A stretch of 64,000 nucleotides of DNA, taken from assembly GCF_009914755.1 (NCBI RefSeq), contig NC_060928.1; one strand, given 5' to 3'. The notes under the pieces were generated by a model. That model saw nothing but the letters and a program-made list of their open reading frames with translations. It did no database searches and was not told the origin of the DNA. The DNA is from the human T2T-CHM13v2.0 reference genome, Homo sapiens. Of the stretch, positions 26,601 to 38,536 are shown one piece after another; the stretch's first letter is position 1; the number at the start of each line of letters is the position of its first letter. A program made the translations under genes and the position numbers.

Positions 26601-27734
26601 CATTTAAATAAAATATTTAAGATATGTATTTTTAATAGTTTTTTACTTGAACCAAATTTTATACTTACTTTTTTTGATTGTATTGAAAAAGAAAGTTTTT
26701 TTTATTGCGCATTGCTAAAAAAGATTGTGTAGAAAGGCTAACAAGTGCTCTCTTTAGGGATAATAAGTTTTCTTTCAATTACAGTGAGTGTGGAATAAAT
26801 TTCTTTCTAACCTGACAGTGGCTTTATAACTTTAGAAGCTGGAATTTGTGTTCCTGGTGAAGGGGGACTCATGTTTCCTAAATAAACAATATCTTAAATA
26901 GATCTTATTTCCCACGCCTGGGAATCTATTTATCGCAAGGTCATAGAGGCTGTTATAGAGAGAAGCAGAGATGGAAGCAGGTTCTTCTTTTACTCTGTCA
27001 TGTTCTTTACAATGTGCTTCACCAGCACAAAGGGAATTTTACACCAGCCACTTTTCTCTTTCTTTTTACTCCTCCTCTTCCTCCTCTTGTTACTTTTTCT
27101 CCTCCAGAATGTATCTTTCAAGTTCTAGCTCTTAGTCTGCATATGTTCTGTCAGAATGTCATCTATTTGCAAGTTGGAATTATCTTGTATGTGTATTTTT
27201 AGCATATTTGAGTTTCAAAGTATATGTTGCTTGGATAAACATTAGTATTTGTTTAAGTTCTTTGAACAATAATCAATTGATTGATTATTGAGGATGTGGC
27301 CTTGACATTGGAAATAGGCCAAGAGATAGGGAAATTTAGCCTGATTTGAAATTTTGTCATGGATAATTCATCAATGAATAATTACAAAACTATTAATCTG
27401 TCAGCAAACATTTTTTAAATGACTATCATATGCCAGGCACTGTGCTAAGTGCTGTGGAAGATAAACATGAATAAGAAAGACTCCTTCAGTCTTTTAAAAC
27501 TCTGAAGATTTTATATTAGCATCTCTTTCTTCTGAGATCAAAACCAAGATTGCCAGGGACAGTAGTTGTAAGCCTTAAAACCCTGTTGGAATATTTAGTA
27601 CCATATAAATGCTATTAGTGGGAGAGAGAGTGCTAAAATTTAGGTCTGAAGATATAAGAACACGCTTTCCAAGTTTGAAATCACCAGTTAACTATTCAGG
27701 AGCATATAAGTGCCTGGGCATAATATTCGCTTTG

Positions 27735-27925
27735 AGTTAGTGTGGTGTGTTGTAAAGAACACGAGAGAGAGAAAAAGAAGTGACTGTTTCTAGTTTTAGC
27801 TCGTCCAGTAACTGGCTCTGTGACCTTGGGCAATTCACTCTGATTCTTAGGTCCCCATATTCCCCTTAGTACTGATTGGGGTGAGGTGGGGTCTACAGTC
27901 TCTTCCAGTTGTAAAAATCTCATTT
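27735..27925 (+). mobile_element. MIR
   Basis: ctggctctgtgaccttgggcaattcact. Confidence 0.65.
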
Positions 27926-28164
27926 AGTGTAGAATTTCAAGACTGTTTAAAGGACCTAGAGCATCCTATATAGACTTTCTGAACTACTTCATTACCCTCA
28001 CCACATAGTGTGATATTTGAAAGTATAGTTTTTGTCACAGAGACATTTTCTTCCACCTTGTTTGTACTCTTGTTGGAGAAGGAGGTGAAAAGAGGCCAGT
28101 ATCTGCTTGGTGATTTGACAAATAGTTGAAGGAATTAGAAATTCTTAGCCTGAACTAGCATGAC

Positions 28165-30354
28165 TGATATGATTTGGCTGTGTCTGCACCCAAAATTTCA
28201 TCTTGAGTTGTAATCCCCATAATCCCCATGTGTCAAGGGTGGGACCAGGTAGAGGTAATTGAATCATGATGGGGGGTCTCCCTTATGCTGTTCTCATGAT
28301 AGTGAGTGAATCTCACGAGATCTGATGGTTTTATAAGTGTCTGGCATTTCTCCTGCTTGCACTCAGTCCATCCTGCCACCCTGTGAAGAAGGTGCCTGCT
28401 TCTCCTTTGCCTTCTACCATGATTATAAGTTTCCTGAGGCCTCCCCAGCAATGCAGAACTGTGAGTCAATGAAATCTTTTTCTTTTATAAATTACCCAGT
28501 CTTAGGTATTTCTTCACAGCAGTGTGAGAACAAACTAATACAGTAAATTGGTACCAAGGTAATGAGGTGCAGCATAAAGATATCTGAAAATGTGGAAACA
28601 ACTTTGCAACTGGGTAACACACAGGGACTGCAACAGTTTGGGAGGCTCAAAAAAATGTGGGAAAGTTTGGAACTTCCTAGAGACTTGTTGAATGGCTTTG
28701 ACCAAAATGCTAATAGTAATATGGACAATGAAGTCCAGGCTGGTCTCAGATGGAGATGAGGAACTTGTTGATCACTCTTGCTTTGCTTTAGCAAAGAGAC
28801 TGGTAGCAATTTGTCCCTGCCCTAGAGATTTGTGGAAATTTGAACTTGAGAGAGATGATTTAGGGTATCTGGTGGAAGAAATTTCTAAGCAGCAAAGCAT
28901 TCAAAAGGAAGCAGAGCATAAAAGTTTGGAAAATTTGCAGCCTGATAATGCAGTAGAAAAGAAAATCCTATTTTCTGGGGAGAAATTCAAGCCTGCTCCA
29001 GAAATTTGTAAAAGTAACGAGGAACCGAGTGTTAATCACCAAGACAATGGGGAAAATGTCTCCAGGGCATGTCAGAGACCTTGGGGCAGCCCCTCCTGTC
29101 TCAGGCCCAGAGGCCTAGGAGGAAAAAATGGTTTTCTGGGCCCAGGGCCCCTCTGCTCTGTGCAGCCTTGGGACATGATGCCCTGCATCCCAGCTGCTTC
29201 AGCTCTAGCTGTGGCTAAAAGGGGCCAAGATACAGCTCAAGCCATTGCTTCAGAGGGTGCAAGTCCCAAGCCTTGGCAGCTTCTATATTGTGTTGAGCCT
29301 GTGGGTGCACAGAAGTCAACAACTGAGGTTTGGGAAACTCTGCCTAGATTTCAGAGGATGTATGGAAATGCCTGGATGTCCAGGCAGAAGTTTGCTGCAG
29401 GGGCTGAGCTGTCATGGAGAACCTCTGCTAGAGCAGTGCAGGAGGGAAATGTAGGAGCCCCCACACAGAGTCTCCACTGGGGGACTGCTTAGTGGAGGTG
29501 TGAGAAGAGGGCCACTGTCCTCCAGACTTCAGAATGGTAGATCCACTGACAGCTCGCAGCATGTGCCTGCAAAAGCCACAGACATTCAACGCCAGCCTGT
29601 AAAAGCAGCCAGGAGAGGGGCTGTACCCTGCAAAGCCACAGGTGAGGAGCTGCCCAAGGCCATGGGAGCTCACCTCTTGCTTGCATCAGTGTGACCTGGA
29701 TGTGAGACATGGATTCAAAAGAGATCATTCTGGAACTTTAAGGTTTAATGACTGCCTTATTGGATTTTGGACTTGAATGGGGCCTGTAGCCCCTTAGTTT
29801 TGGCCATTTTCTCCCATTTGGAATGGGTGTATTTACCCAATGCCAGTATCTTCCTTGTATCTAGGAAGTAACTAACTTGCTTTTGATTTTACAGGCTCAT
29901 AGACAGAAGGGACATGCTTTGTCTCAGAGATTTTGGACTTGGACTTTTGGGTTAATGCTGGAATGAGTTAAAACTTTGGGGGACTATTGGAAAGGCATGA
30001 CTGTGTTTTGAAATGTGAGGACATGAGATTTGAGAGGGGCTGGGGTGGAATGACATGGTTTGGCTCTGTGTCCCCATCCAAAATCTCATCTTGAGTTGTA
30101 ATCCCCATAATCTCCTTGGGTCAAGGGCTGGACTAGACGAAGGTAATCAAATCATGAAGGCAGTTTTCCCCATGCTGTTCTCATGACAGTGAGTCTCATA
30201 AGATCTGTTGGTTTTATAAGCATCTGGCATTTACCCTGCTTGTACTCACTCTGTCCTGCTTCCCTGTGAAGAAGGTGCCCGCTTCTTCCCTTTCCTTTAC
30301 AAATTATCCAGTCTTGGCCATTTCTTCATAGCAGTGTGAGAACAGACTAATACA
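28165..30354 (+). mobile_element. Complete THE1 (THE1D-like) MaLR provirus: LTR-int-LTR with 5-bp TSD ATGAC
   Basis: 5' LTR 28165-28542; internal region starts gtaaattggtacc and ends in purine tract gagaggggctggggtggaa; 3' LTR 30051-30354; TSD atgac at 28160-28164 and 30355-30359. Confidence 0.96.
28562..29492 (+). pseudogene. Frameshifted remnant of the MaLR internal ORF
   Basis: ...MWESLELPRDLLNGFDQNANSNMDNEVQA (ORF 28562-28759) continues in another frame as VSDGDEELV...CPRDLWKFELERDDLGYLVEEISKQQSIQ (ORF 28692-29492), a typical THE1/MST-int translation. Confidence 0.75.
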
Positions 30355-32761
30355 ATGACCAAGGGAGAAAGACAAAGCAGCACGGAGTATTTGAAGGTGT
30401 GTCATTAAACATAAGCACTCATGATTCAAAGAATGGGACATGTGTTTTGTCTTCCAGAAGCTCCATTTGGTGAAGGAGACAGACACATGAAAAACAAGTG
30501 ATGAGTCTCATGTGATGAGGCAGGAAGGACTGGGTACTAGACGACCCCAGTAGAGATAAAATGGGAATACAGGAAAGAAAGTTTTTTTTTATTCCTTAGA
30601 GAGCAGAACGCTAATAGATGGATCAAATCTACAGGTGGGCAGATTTTTACTCATTGTAAGAAAGGATTCTCTAATAATTTAAGTAATCCAGCATTAGAGG
30701 GCACATCTCTTGGAAATAAGTGGGAGACTATCTTTGCTTTCCACTAATCAAAAAGATGCTGGATGCATTTATTAGAATCTGCACCAGGTGGGAGTTGGAT
30801 TCGGTGATCTCTAGCTTATCTTTAGAAACTCAAACTTTGTAAGACAACTTTCAGTTGACCAAATAGCTTCCTTTCATTGGATTCATCCTATAAGAGGCCA
30901 CAGGGTAGATTTCATGTTATAACGAAAACCACCACCACTACCATCACAACAACAACAGAAAAATGAGAATACCTTATTGAAAAGGAGAGTCATTATTTCC
31001 ATGGGCATTGCTATTCCCATTAAATAGTTCCTATTGTCTATAGACAGAATGCCTGATGCCAAACCAGGATAATAGATACAGAAAAAGTCCAAGAAAACAT
31101 AATTCCTGAGCAAATAGTGGACTCCATGACTTCTGAAAAGGGGGATGCTGGAATGCGGCTTGCATAGAAGGTGGCTGTGATAGGATTTACACCAAAGTGC
31201 TAAGCTAAGATTTCCTTTGAGGCTATTGCCTTTAAGCTGCATGACTCACCGGCAAAATTCACAAAACAAAAATGTGATCACTGAGGATTATGCTGCCATT
31301 GCTGGTAACACGCTGGCAATGATCATAACAGGACTTGCCAAGCACACATTGACCCTGTGAGTCACATTGGTTCCCATGGAGATTAACACCATCAGCAGTG
31401 GGGGCAACAGCCCAGAAGTGCGATTGGCATTAGACAGAGAAGAGAAAAATGGCAGTATGATCCTCTAGAAATGCAGCAATTGGAATGAAAAAGGAGCATG
31501 GGCTGGCGTAACCCGGGAGAGAAAATGACTTGTAATGGCATAGCAACCTACTTCTCTTCCTGCAAATGGCTGGGGAAAAAGTGTGCTTCCTGGCAGATAG
31601 GCTACAATCTACTGTTATTTATCTGGCTATTTCCAGCAAGTTCTCTTCTTATCCTAGATAGCTTATCTCTTCAAAGGAGTCTGTCCAAGGTGAACTCACC
31701 ATGGGCCAAGAGGTCCTGCCTCTGGGACTGCACATCTGATTAACATGTTGGGGCTTAGGGGTGGGAAGGGCACAGTTTACTTAGATATATCTTGCTAGGT
31801 TTAAATTTTCTTTCTGGATACAAATATTTTTTACTGTTATTAAAAAAACCCCATGACTTCAATTTCACAATTTTTGTAGTTATTTCATGTATTTTAATAG
31901 GGCAATTGGGTTTCTGATAATTATAGTCTATTTTTCCTTTGGAAGTTGTCATGGGAGGGGTTGATGCCCCACACCCTCTTGTCCTTTGCAACCAGGTCTA
32001 CTTGCACACTTTTATGCAGGCTGCAGCAGCCTTGTGCATGAGTTGATCCCTCTGGTGCCCGACTTGCCAGCCCTCTCCCATACAGAGAGAGGAAAAAGTC
32101 TGAAGACACACATATTTCCCAAATTCAATATCTTGAGTAGCTGAATCATGCCCAGCTCAGATGAATCAGGGTATTTAAGGTGAGCTGCACTTTTTCTTGT
32201 CTCTTTTGTATCTGCAGTTGTGGAAAATGCCTGTTAGTTGATGAATGGTCAAACAGATGTAAGAAGAATAACTGGTTCCTAGCAAAATCAGATTAAACTG
32301 CCTCAAAAGTAACCAAGCTAAAATGACAACATGTCACCCTGGAAAAGAAGGAAAATAATGGCTTTCAAAGGAATGAGAAAGCACTTTTCAAGAAAATTAG
32401 AGTTAATAAGATATCTGAAGATGGAAAACATGCCATCATCCTTCCAAATGTTAGTTGTTGATGACTGTTCCATCTAGTGGGAGATGTCACTTGGCATAGA
32501 GAAAAATGCACTGGGCTGTTCATAACCATGGTCTTACCTGTACCATTGACTGTTGGTGAGGTGTTGGGTACATGTTCCAAGTTCACTGAACCTCCGTTTA
32601 CTCATCTGTAAAATAAGCACTTTTACTCACACAGTCTCAGAGCACTGAACACTGTGCCTGAAAGGGAGGACACTCAGTGTGTGGTAGAGAAGATGATGAT
32701 GGTGATGTTGAGGGTGACCACAATGATGATGACAATGTGATGATGACATAATGAGCCATCA

Positions 32762-33144
32762 CATTAGTAAGGGTTTTCTAGAGAAACAGCCAATAGAATG
32801 TCCTAAGATATGCAGTTGGCAAGCTGGAGACCCAAGAAGAGCCAATATTTCAGTTTGAGTCTGAAGGCAGGAAAAGACTGATGTCCCATCTCAAAGCAGT
32901 CAGGCAGAGGGAGTTCCCTCTTGTTCTCACTCAAGGAAGGGTGAGTCGTTGTGTTCTACTCAGTCTTTTGACCTATTGGATGAGGCCTGCCACATTTAGG
33001 AATGCAATCTGCTTCACTCAGTCTCTCAATTCAAATACTAATTTCATCGAGAAACACCCTTATAGACACACTTAGAATTATGTTTGACCAAGTATCTGAG
33101 AATTTTGTGGCCCAGTAAGTCAACACATAAAATTAACTACCACA
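32762..33144 (-). mobile_element. MLT2 (ERVL) LTR
   Basis: attagtaagggttttctagagaaacag...ggcaagctggagaccca...cacataaaattaactaccaca. Confidence 0.85.
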
Positions 33145-33409
33145 ATTATGATCATCAAGGGATCTTGCCCTTTACTTCCAAATTCGGTGATTCTAATAAG
33201 GGTGCTTTTTTTTTGTAAAGCAGTCTTCAAAAACTTGCTTTTTGTAAAGGTTCTGACTTATAGGAAGCTCAGAGTTTTGCATTCTTTTGCTTGGGGAAGC
33301 AATTTGAAAAAGGAATCTTACACTTTCAGAACATGCTTTTCAAAATCCTGTTTTCTGACCTCTTGCTTAATGACACCCAATCTCACGGTGCTACATTGTG
33401 TATATCAGA

Positions 33410-33655
33410 GAAGCAGCCTAGCCTAGTGCCTAAGAGCTTAAGAACATTGTTAAATTCTTGCTTTGCCACGTATCAACTTGTGTAACTTTGGGCAAGTTAC
33501 TGAACCTCTCTGTTTCAGTTTCCTCACCTGTAAAACGGGATGGAAATAGTGCCTATCTTATAGGATTGTTGTGAGGATGACATATGTTAATGCATGTAAA
33601 GTACATAGACTAGCACCTACCTGGCACAGGGTACACACCCATTAACTATCAGATA
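33410..33655 (+). mobile_element. MIR, near full length
   Basis: ttgggcaagttactgaacctctctgtttcagtttcctcacctgtaaaacggga...ataggattgttgtgaggat. Confidence 0.85.
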
Positions 33656-33816
33656 TTATATATACAACTGAAAAATTAAAGATTTACAGTGGTACCACAT
33701 TTCAATCCTGTTCATTTATAATCTGTTGTGAAACTTACCAGATAATATCTTTAATTGATGGTATTTTGTAGTTGTCACTCAGCTTCGGGATTTGTTCTCG
33801 AGTCTTCCTTGAAAAG

Positions 33817-33818
<2 letters not shown>

Positions 33819-33865
<47 letters not shown>
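33819..33865. repeat. (TG)23 microsatellite
   Basis: Perfect dinucleotide run. Confidence 0.98.
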
Positions 33866-33869
<4 letters not shown>

Positions 33870-33890
33870 GCCTCTGCTAATGAACGTTGA

Positions 33891-33920
33891 TGCAGTGCAT
33901 CTGCCCACCAGATGGCGCAG
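33891..33920 (+). promoter_or_regulatory. Predicted CTCF binding site (core plus upstream motif)
   Basis: TGCCCACCAGATGGCGCAG (33902-33920) versus consensus TGGCCACCAGGGGGCGCTA; TGCAGTGCA at 33891-33899. Confidence 0.75.
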
Positions 33921-34779
33921 TGCTCCCGCTGTTCCGAGGCTCAGCTACCCTGAGGGAGGCAGGGAATTTTGATCAGCTTCTGAAGAATCACCTCATCTCT
34001 CCCTGCAGAGAGCACAGAGCACAGGACTTCACGTTATGTCAAGTACATGTCGCTAGTTCTTGTTTGTGACTTTGTAAGAACTCGTAGGCTATAGCATTAT
34101 TTTTTGCAAGAAATTTGTATTATAGAAAAATGATTCATAAATTAAATAAATTAAAATGGTCATATATATGTATGTATGTATATACACACACAGATATAAA
34201 CATGTGCACAGGTCTAACATAGTTTTTCTGTCTGCAGCATCTCTTGCAAAAGCCCAGCTCCTAGAGAGCAGGAGCCTTCCCAGACTGTGTCAAATTACCT
34301 CGGGGACGGAGAGACTTACATGGCATTAATAGAAATCAAATGGCAGAGCTCGGGTTTCTGGTAGGAGCGGGTCCTGGCTCCTTCCTTACATGAAGACCTG
34401 TCCAACACTGCTTGCTATCTCCTCCTGTGCCATCTGAAATCTGTGCCTCAAACCGACCAGCAGCCTTCTAAATCTCTTTATTCTAAATTTGGCGCAAACT
34501 TCTTTCATCTGTGACTTTTGGAGTCTTCTGCTGCATCACCCCATGATCCAACTTGGAGTTGGGATCTGTTTCATTGACTTACCAGCTCTCATCATAAAGA
34601 ACCTTTTTTAGCCCCCAAAGAGTCTGAACAACAGACCTCCTCCACATGGAAATGGTGAATTGATCACACTGAAAACTATTTTGAAGTCAAGCAAGGCCAG
34701 CTTATGTCGCTCTCCTGCAGCAGAGAATGACTTTCACTTGCTCACTTTCACACTTGCAACCTTCCATTTTCCACAAACT

Positions 34780-35055
34780 GTCACTGTGGTCTGTTAGAAA
34801 TATAAATTATGTCATTTCACTCTTCTCCCTAAAACTCTTCATAGATTGCACATTCTTTATTCCTAACATCTTTTATACACTCATTTCAGAGTACTAATGG
34901 CATTTGTAACACTATTACTTGCTTATTTATTTTATATCTTCTCACCTAGAGTGTAGGCTCTAAGAGTGGGAACTTTGTTGCTCTTGTTCTCCAAAGTATC
35001 CCTTTGAGCTAATGCAAAGTTAAAAATAGGAGACACTCAATAAATAATTATGGAA
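34780..35055 (+). mobile_element. L2 3' end
   Basis: cctagagtgtaggctctaagagtgggaactttgt...cactcaataaata. Confidence 0.6.
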
Positions 35056-35154
35056 CCACACTGTTCTTTCAGCTGCCTGCCACTTTTCATGACTTAGAGC
35101 CCCTAAAGTCCATATCCAAAGAAAATTACAAAGTGACGATAATGAAAAACAAAG

Positions 35155-35345
35155 AACAATGATCGTTTATTGAGCACATACTATACACCAGGCATTTCAT
35201 GCACAATAACTCTATTTCTTGGATTTCCAAGTGTGCTATTATCAGTTCAGTTTTATAAATAAGAAAGTTAAGGTGAAGTAATTGATCAGAAGGTACATGG
35301 AGCTGGGATAAAACCCACATCTCTTTGGTCTCAGAGTCGATACTT
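35155..35345 (-). mobile_element. MIR
   Basis: tttattgagcacatactatacaccaggca...tattatcagttcagttttataaataagaaa. Confidence 0.65.
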
Positions 35346-35718
35346 TTTCTTTTATTCTAGGCTCTGTCTTTATCACACTCTCCTTACATTTTCCCCTGAC
35401 TCTGAAGACGTTATTAATGTTTATAGCATGGAATATAGTGACATTAGATAAATGTAGAATATATCTGCATATTTTCTATCCTGACTCTAGACACAGACAT
35501 ATCAGAAAAAAAGCTCTTTTTAAAAAATTAATAAAGCAACTATGTTGCTCTAAAAAAATCTTTCAAACTGTACAATAGCTTGTAGGCTGGTCTAGTGGCA
35601 AGCCCCTAGGGTCCAGAGGAAGTTTCATGCAGTGTAAAGCTTCAGATAGATCCCTGATGTCACCCTCATTTCATCTGCGTTCTGGAAATGGAGAAGACTG
35701 AATGTAAAACAAATCCAA

Positions 35719-36059
<341 letters not shown>

Positions 36060-36065
36060 TGATGT

Positions 36066-36075
36066 TCTTTCCTTT

Positions 36076-36135
<60 letters not shown>

Positions 36136-36227
36136 TCCTTCCTTCCTTCCTTCCTTCCTTCCTTCCTTCCTTCTTTCCTTCTTTCCTTCTTTCCTTCTTT
36201 CCTTCTTTCCTTCTTTCCTTCTTTCCT

Positions 36228-36266
<39 letters not shown>

Positions 36267-36283
36267 CTATCTCTCTCCCTCTC
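36066..36283. repeat. Compound pyrimidine microsatellite (TTTC)n-(TTCC)n-(TTCCTTCT)n-(TTTC)n-(TC)n
   Basis: Directly visible; contiguous with the tail of the next Alu. Confidence 0.97.
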
Positions 36284-36577
36284 TTTTTTTTTTTTTTGAC
36301 AGAGCCTCGCTCTGTTGCCCACACTGGAGTGCAGTGCCATGACCTTGGCTCACTGCAACCTCTGCTGCCTGGGTTCAAGCTATTCTCTTGCCTCAGCCTC
36401 CCAAGTAGCTGGGACTACAGGCACATGCCACCACACCGGGCTAATTTTTATATTTTTTTAGTAGAGACGGGGTTTCACCATGTTGGCCAGGTTGGTCTAA
36501 AACTCCTGACCTCGTGATTCACCCCCCTCAGCCCCCTAAAGTGCTGGGATTACAGGAGTGAGCCACCGTGCCTGCCC
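36284..36577 (-). mobile_element. Alu (AluS type)
   Basis: poly(T)-gacagagcctcgctctgttgccc...gtgagccaccgtgcctgcc; tgatgtt recurs at 36060 and 36578. Confidence 0.96.
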
Positions 36578-36972
36578 TGATGTTTTCTTAAGAAATGAGA
36601 GACACCAAGGCACAAGCATTCCTGTTTTGATGACCTGTTGAAAAGGTACAATTGCCCCAAGTGGAGAGAGTCACTTTCCTTCTACAATCTCAACCAGTAC
36701 TTCAATAATGCAAAAATGCAGGGGGAGCAGCACACTAGCTGAAGAGCAACTAGAGGCCAGGAGGAAATGCAAGGGAGGCTACCGACAGTGATGATGCCCA
36801 GCCTATGTGGCGGCACACAATGAAAGTCTAGTGCCCAGCAAAGGTGGCAGTACTGGGCAGATACAGAAGCTGCCAGCAGACCTGGCAGCTGTCTCTTCAT
36901 GATCCATGCCTAGCAGAAGGGACAGTGATATCTGGCAGATGCAAGAGGCCTCTGACCAACGGGCTTTGTGCA

Positions 36973-37166
36973 TGTGCAATCTCTTGGCATATGTTTCAGT
37001 GAGCTGATTTTCCATTTGGTCTCACATATCTTTCTTTTATCTTTGCTGTGATTTCTTTGATTTATTTACATTTTTATATATAACTGCATTCATTCTTGCT
37101 GGTTGATTCAAATCCTTGGAAGTGGAGTGGAGTGAGTGAGTTTGGAGTTACATCCCCTCCAAGAGG
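36973..37166 (+). repeat. Copy 1 of a 194-bp local direct duplication
   Basis: Ungapped hand alignment to 38343-38536: 12 mismatches in 194 bp. Confidence 0.95.
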
Positions 37167-37589
37167 CATGGAGATAGCCTTGGAGACCCAGAGGCAAAGA
37201 TGGAGAGATTTTGTCGGGGTGGGTTCTGTATTAACTGATGGTGGGATGATTACTGAGGATGTGATGCAATTTGCACTCACAGGCTGGTTAAGCTTGTTTT
37301 AGGGCACAAATAATACTTCTACCTTATCAGATAGTTTTGAGGACTGAATAAGACTGCATGTATGAAGTGTTTGATCGGTGCCTGGCATGCAGTAGGTGAT
37401 CAAAAGGGTTAATCTCCTTCCCCTTCCTTATTGTATTCTCATGGAACTGTAGACTTCCTTAATGCATTGTACCATAGCAGCATTCCTATCTAAAAGGTAC
37501 TTTTAAGGAAGAGCGTAATTATTTGAATAGTCTATTAAGAACATTAAAATAGAAATCCACCTGGATATTTTCTACACTGGAATAAACCA

Positions 37590-37790
37590 GAATAATATTA
37601 ATGCAGAATGTTTGTACCAGGGACTGTTCTGAGTTCTTTACATACATAAAGTACTTAATCCTATTAGGTGTGCACCTTTACTATCTTTGTTTTATAGATG
37701 AGGAATACAGGTGCCAAAAGGTTACATAACTTTTCCAAGGTCACACAGTTGGCTAGTGGCAGAGCTAGAATTCATATCCAGGCAGGGACA
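37590..37790 (-). mobile_element. MIR
   Basis: tttatagatgaggaatacagg...ccaaggtcacacagttggctagtggcagagctagaattca. Confidence 0.8.
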
Positions 37791-38342
37791 CGCATGCATA
37801 ACCCCTGTGTTTGCTGCATGGGTATGTTTAGGTAATAAAGCAAATATTGACTGAATGCTTTCTACAAGGAAGACAGTATGTGGCGTGCTGCAAGCTGCCT
37901 TGCTAAGCCCCAGAGGGGCCCCACTGACCATAGTCTAGTTAAATGCAGTGCATAGCCTGCACAGCTGTACACAGCAACCCTAGAGCACACCAAGATGTGA
38001 TCCTTTGCCTGAAATCGGTCAGTCTGTAAAGCTGCCATTATGGAGAGCAAAAAATGTAGGAGCAGAGAGGACTGAAAGATTAATTTTGAGCCTTTTATCT
38101 ATTTAAAAAGCACAGAGTTATGGGGTAAGTTTGTAGGTACATGTTTCAAACTCATAGATTTCCCTTTACGGGTGTCAGCAGGAGTCATGACTCGAAGAGT
38201 TTAGTGCCTGGAAGCATTGCTTTCTCGGAAAACAGGTATTATTTTATTTTACAGAGAATGTGTCTCCTATAATAGATTAAATAATACTTTCTTGGATGCA
38301 TAGAAACTCAGAACCACATTAAGATTCCTATTTTTATAACTG

Positions 38343-38536
38343 TGTGCAATCTCTTGGCATACGTTTCAGTGAGCTGATTTTCCATTCGGTCTCACGTACC
38401 TTTCTTTTATCTTTGCTGTGATGTCTTTGACCTATTTACATTTTTATACATAACTGCATTCATTCTTGCTGGTTGATTCAAATCCTTGAAAGTGCAGTGG
38501 AGTGAGTGCGTTTGGAGTTACATCCCCTCCGAGAGG
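38343..38536 (+). repeat. Copy 2 of the 194-bp local direct duplication
   Basis: Matches 36973-37166 at offset 1370. Confidence 0.95.
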
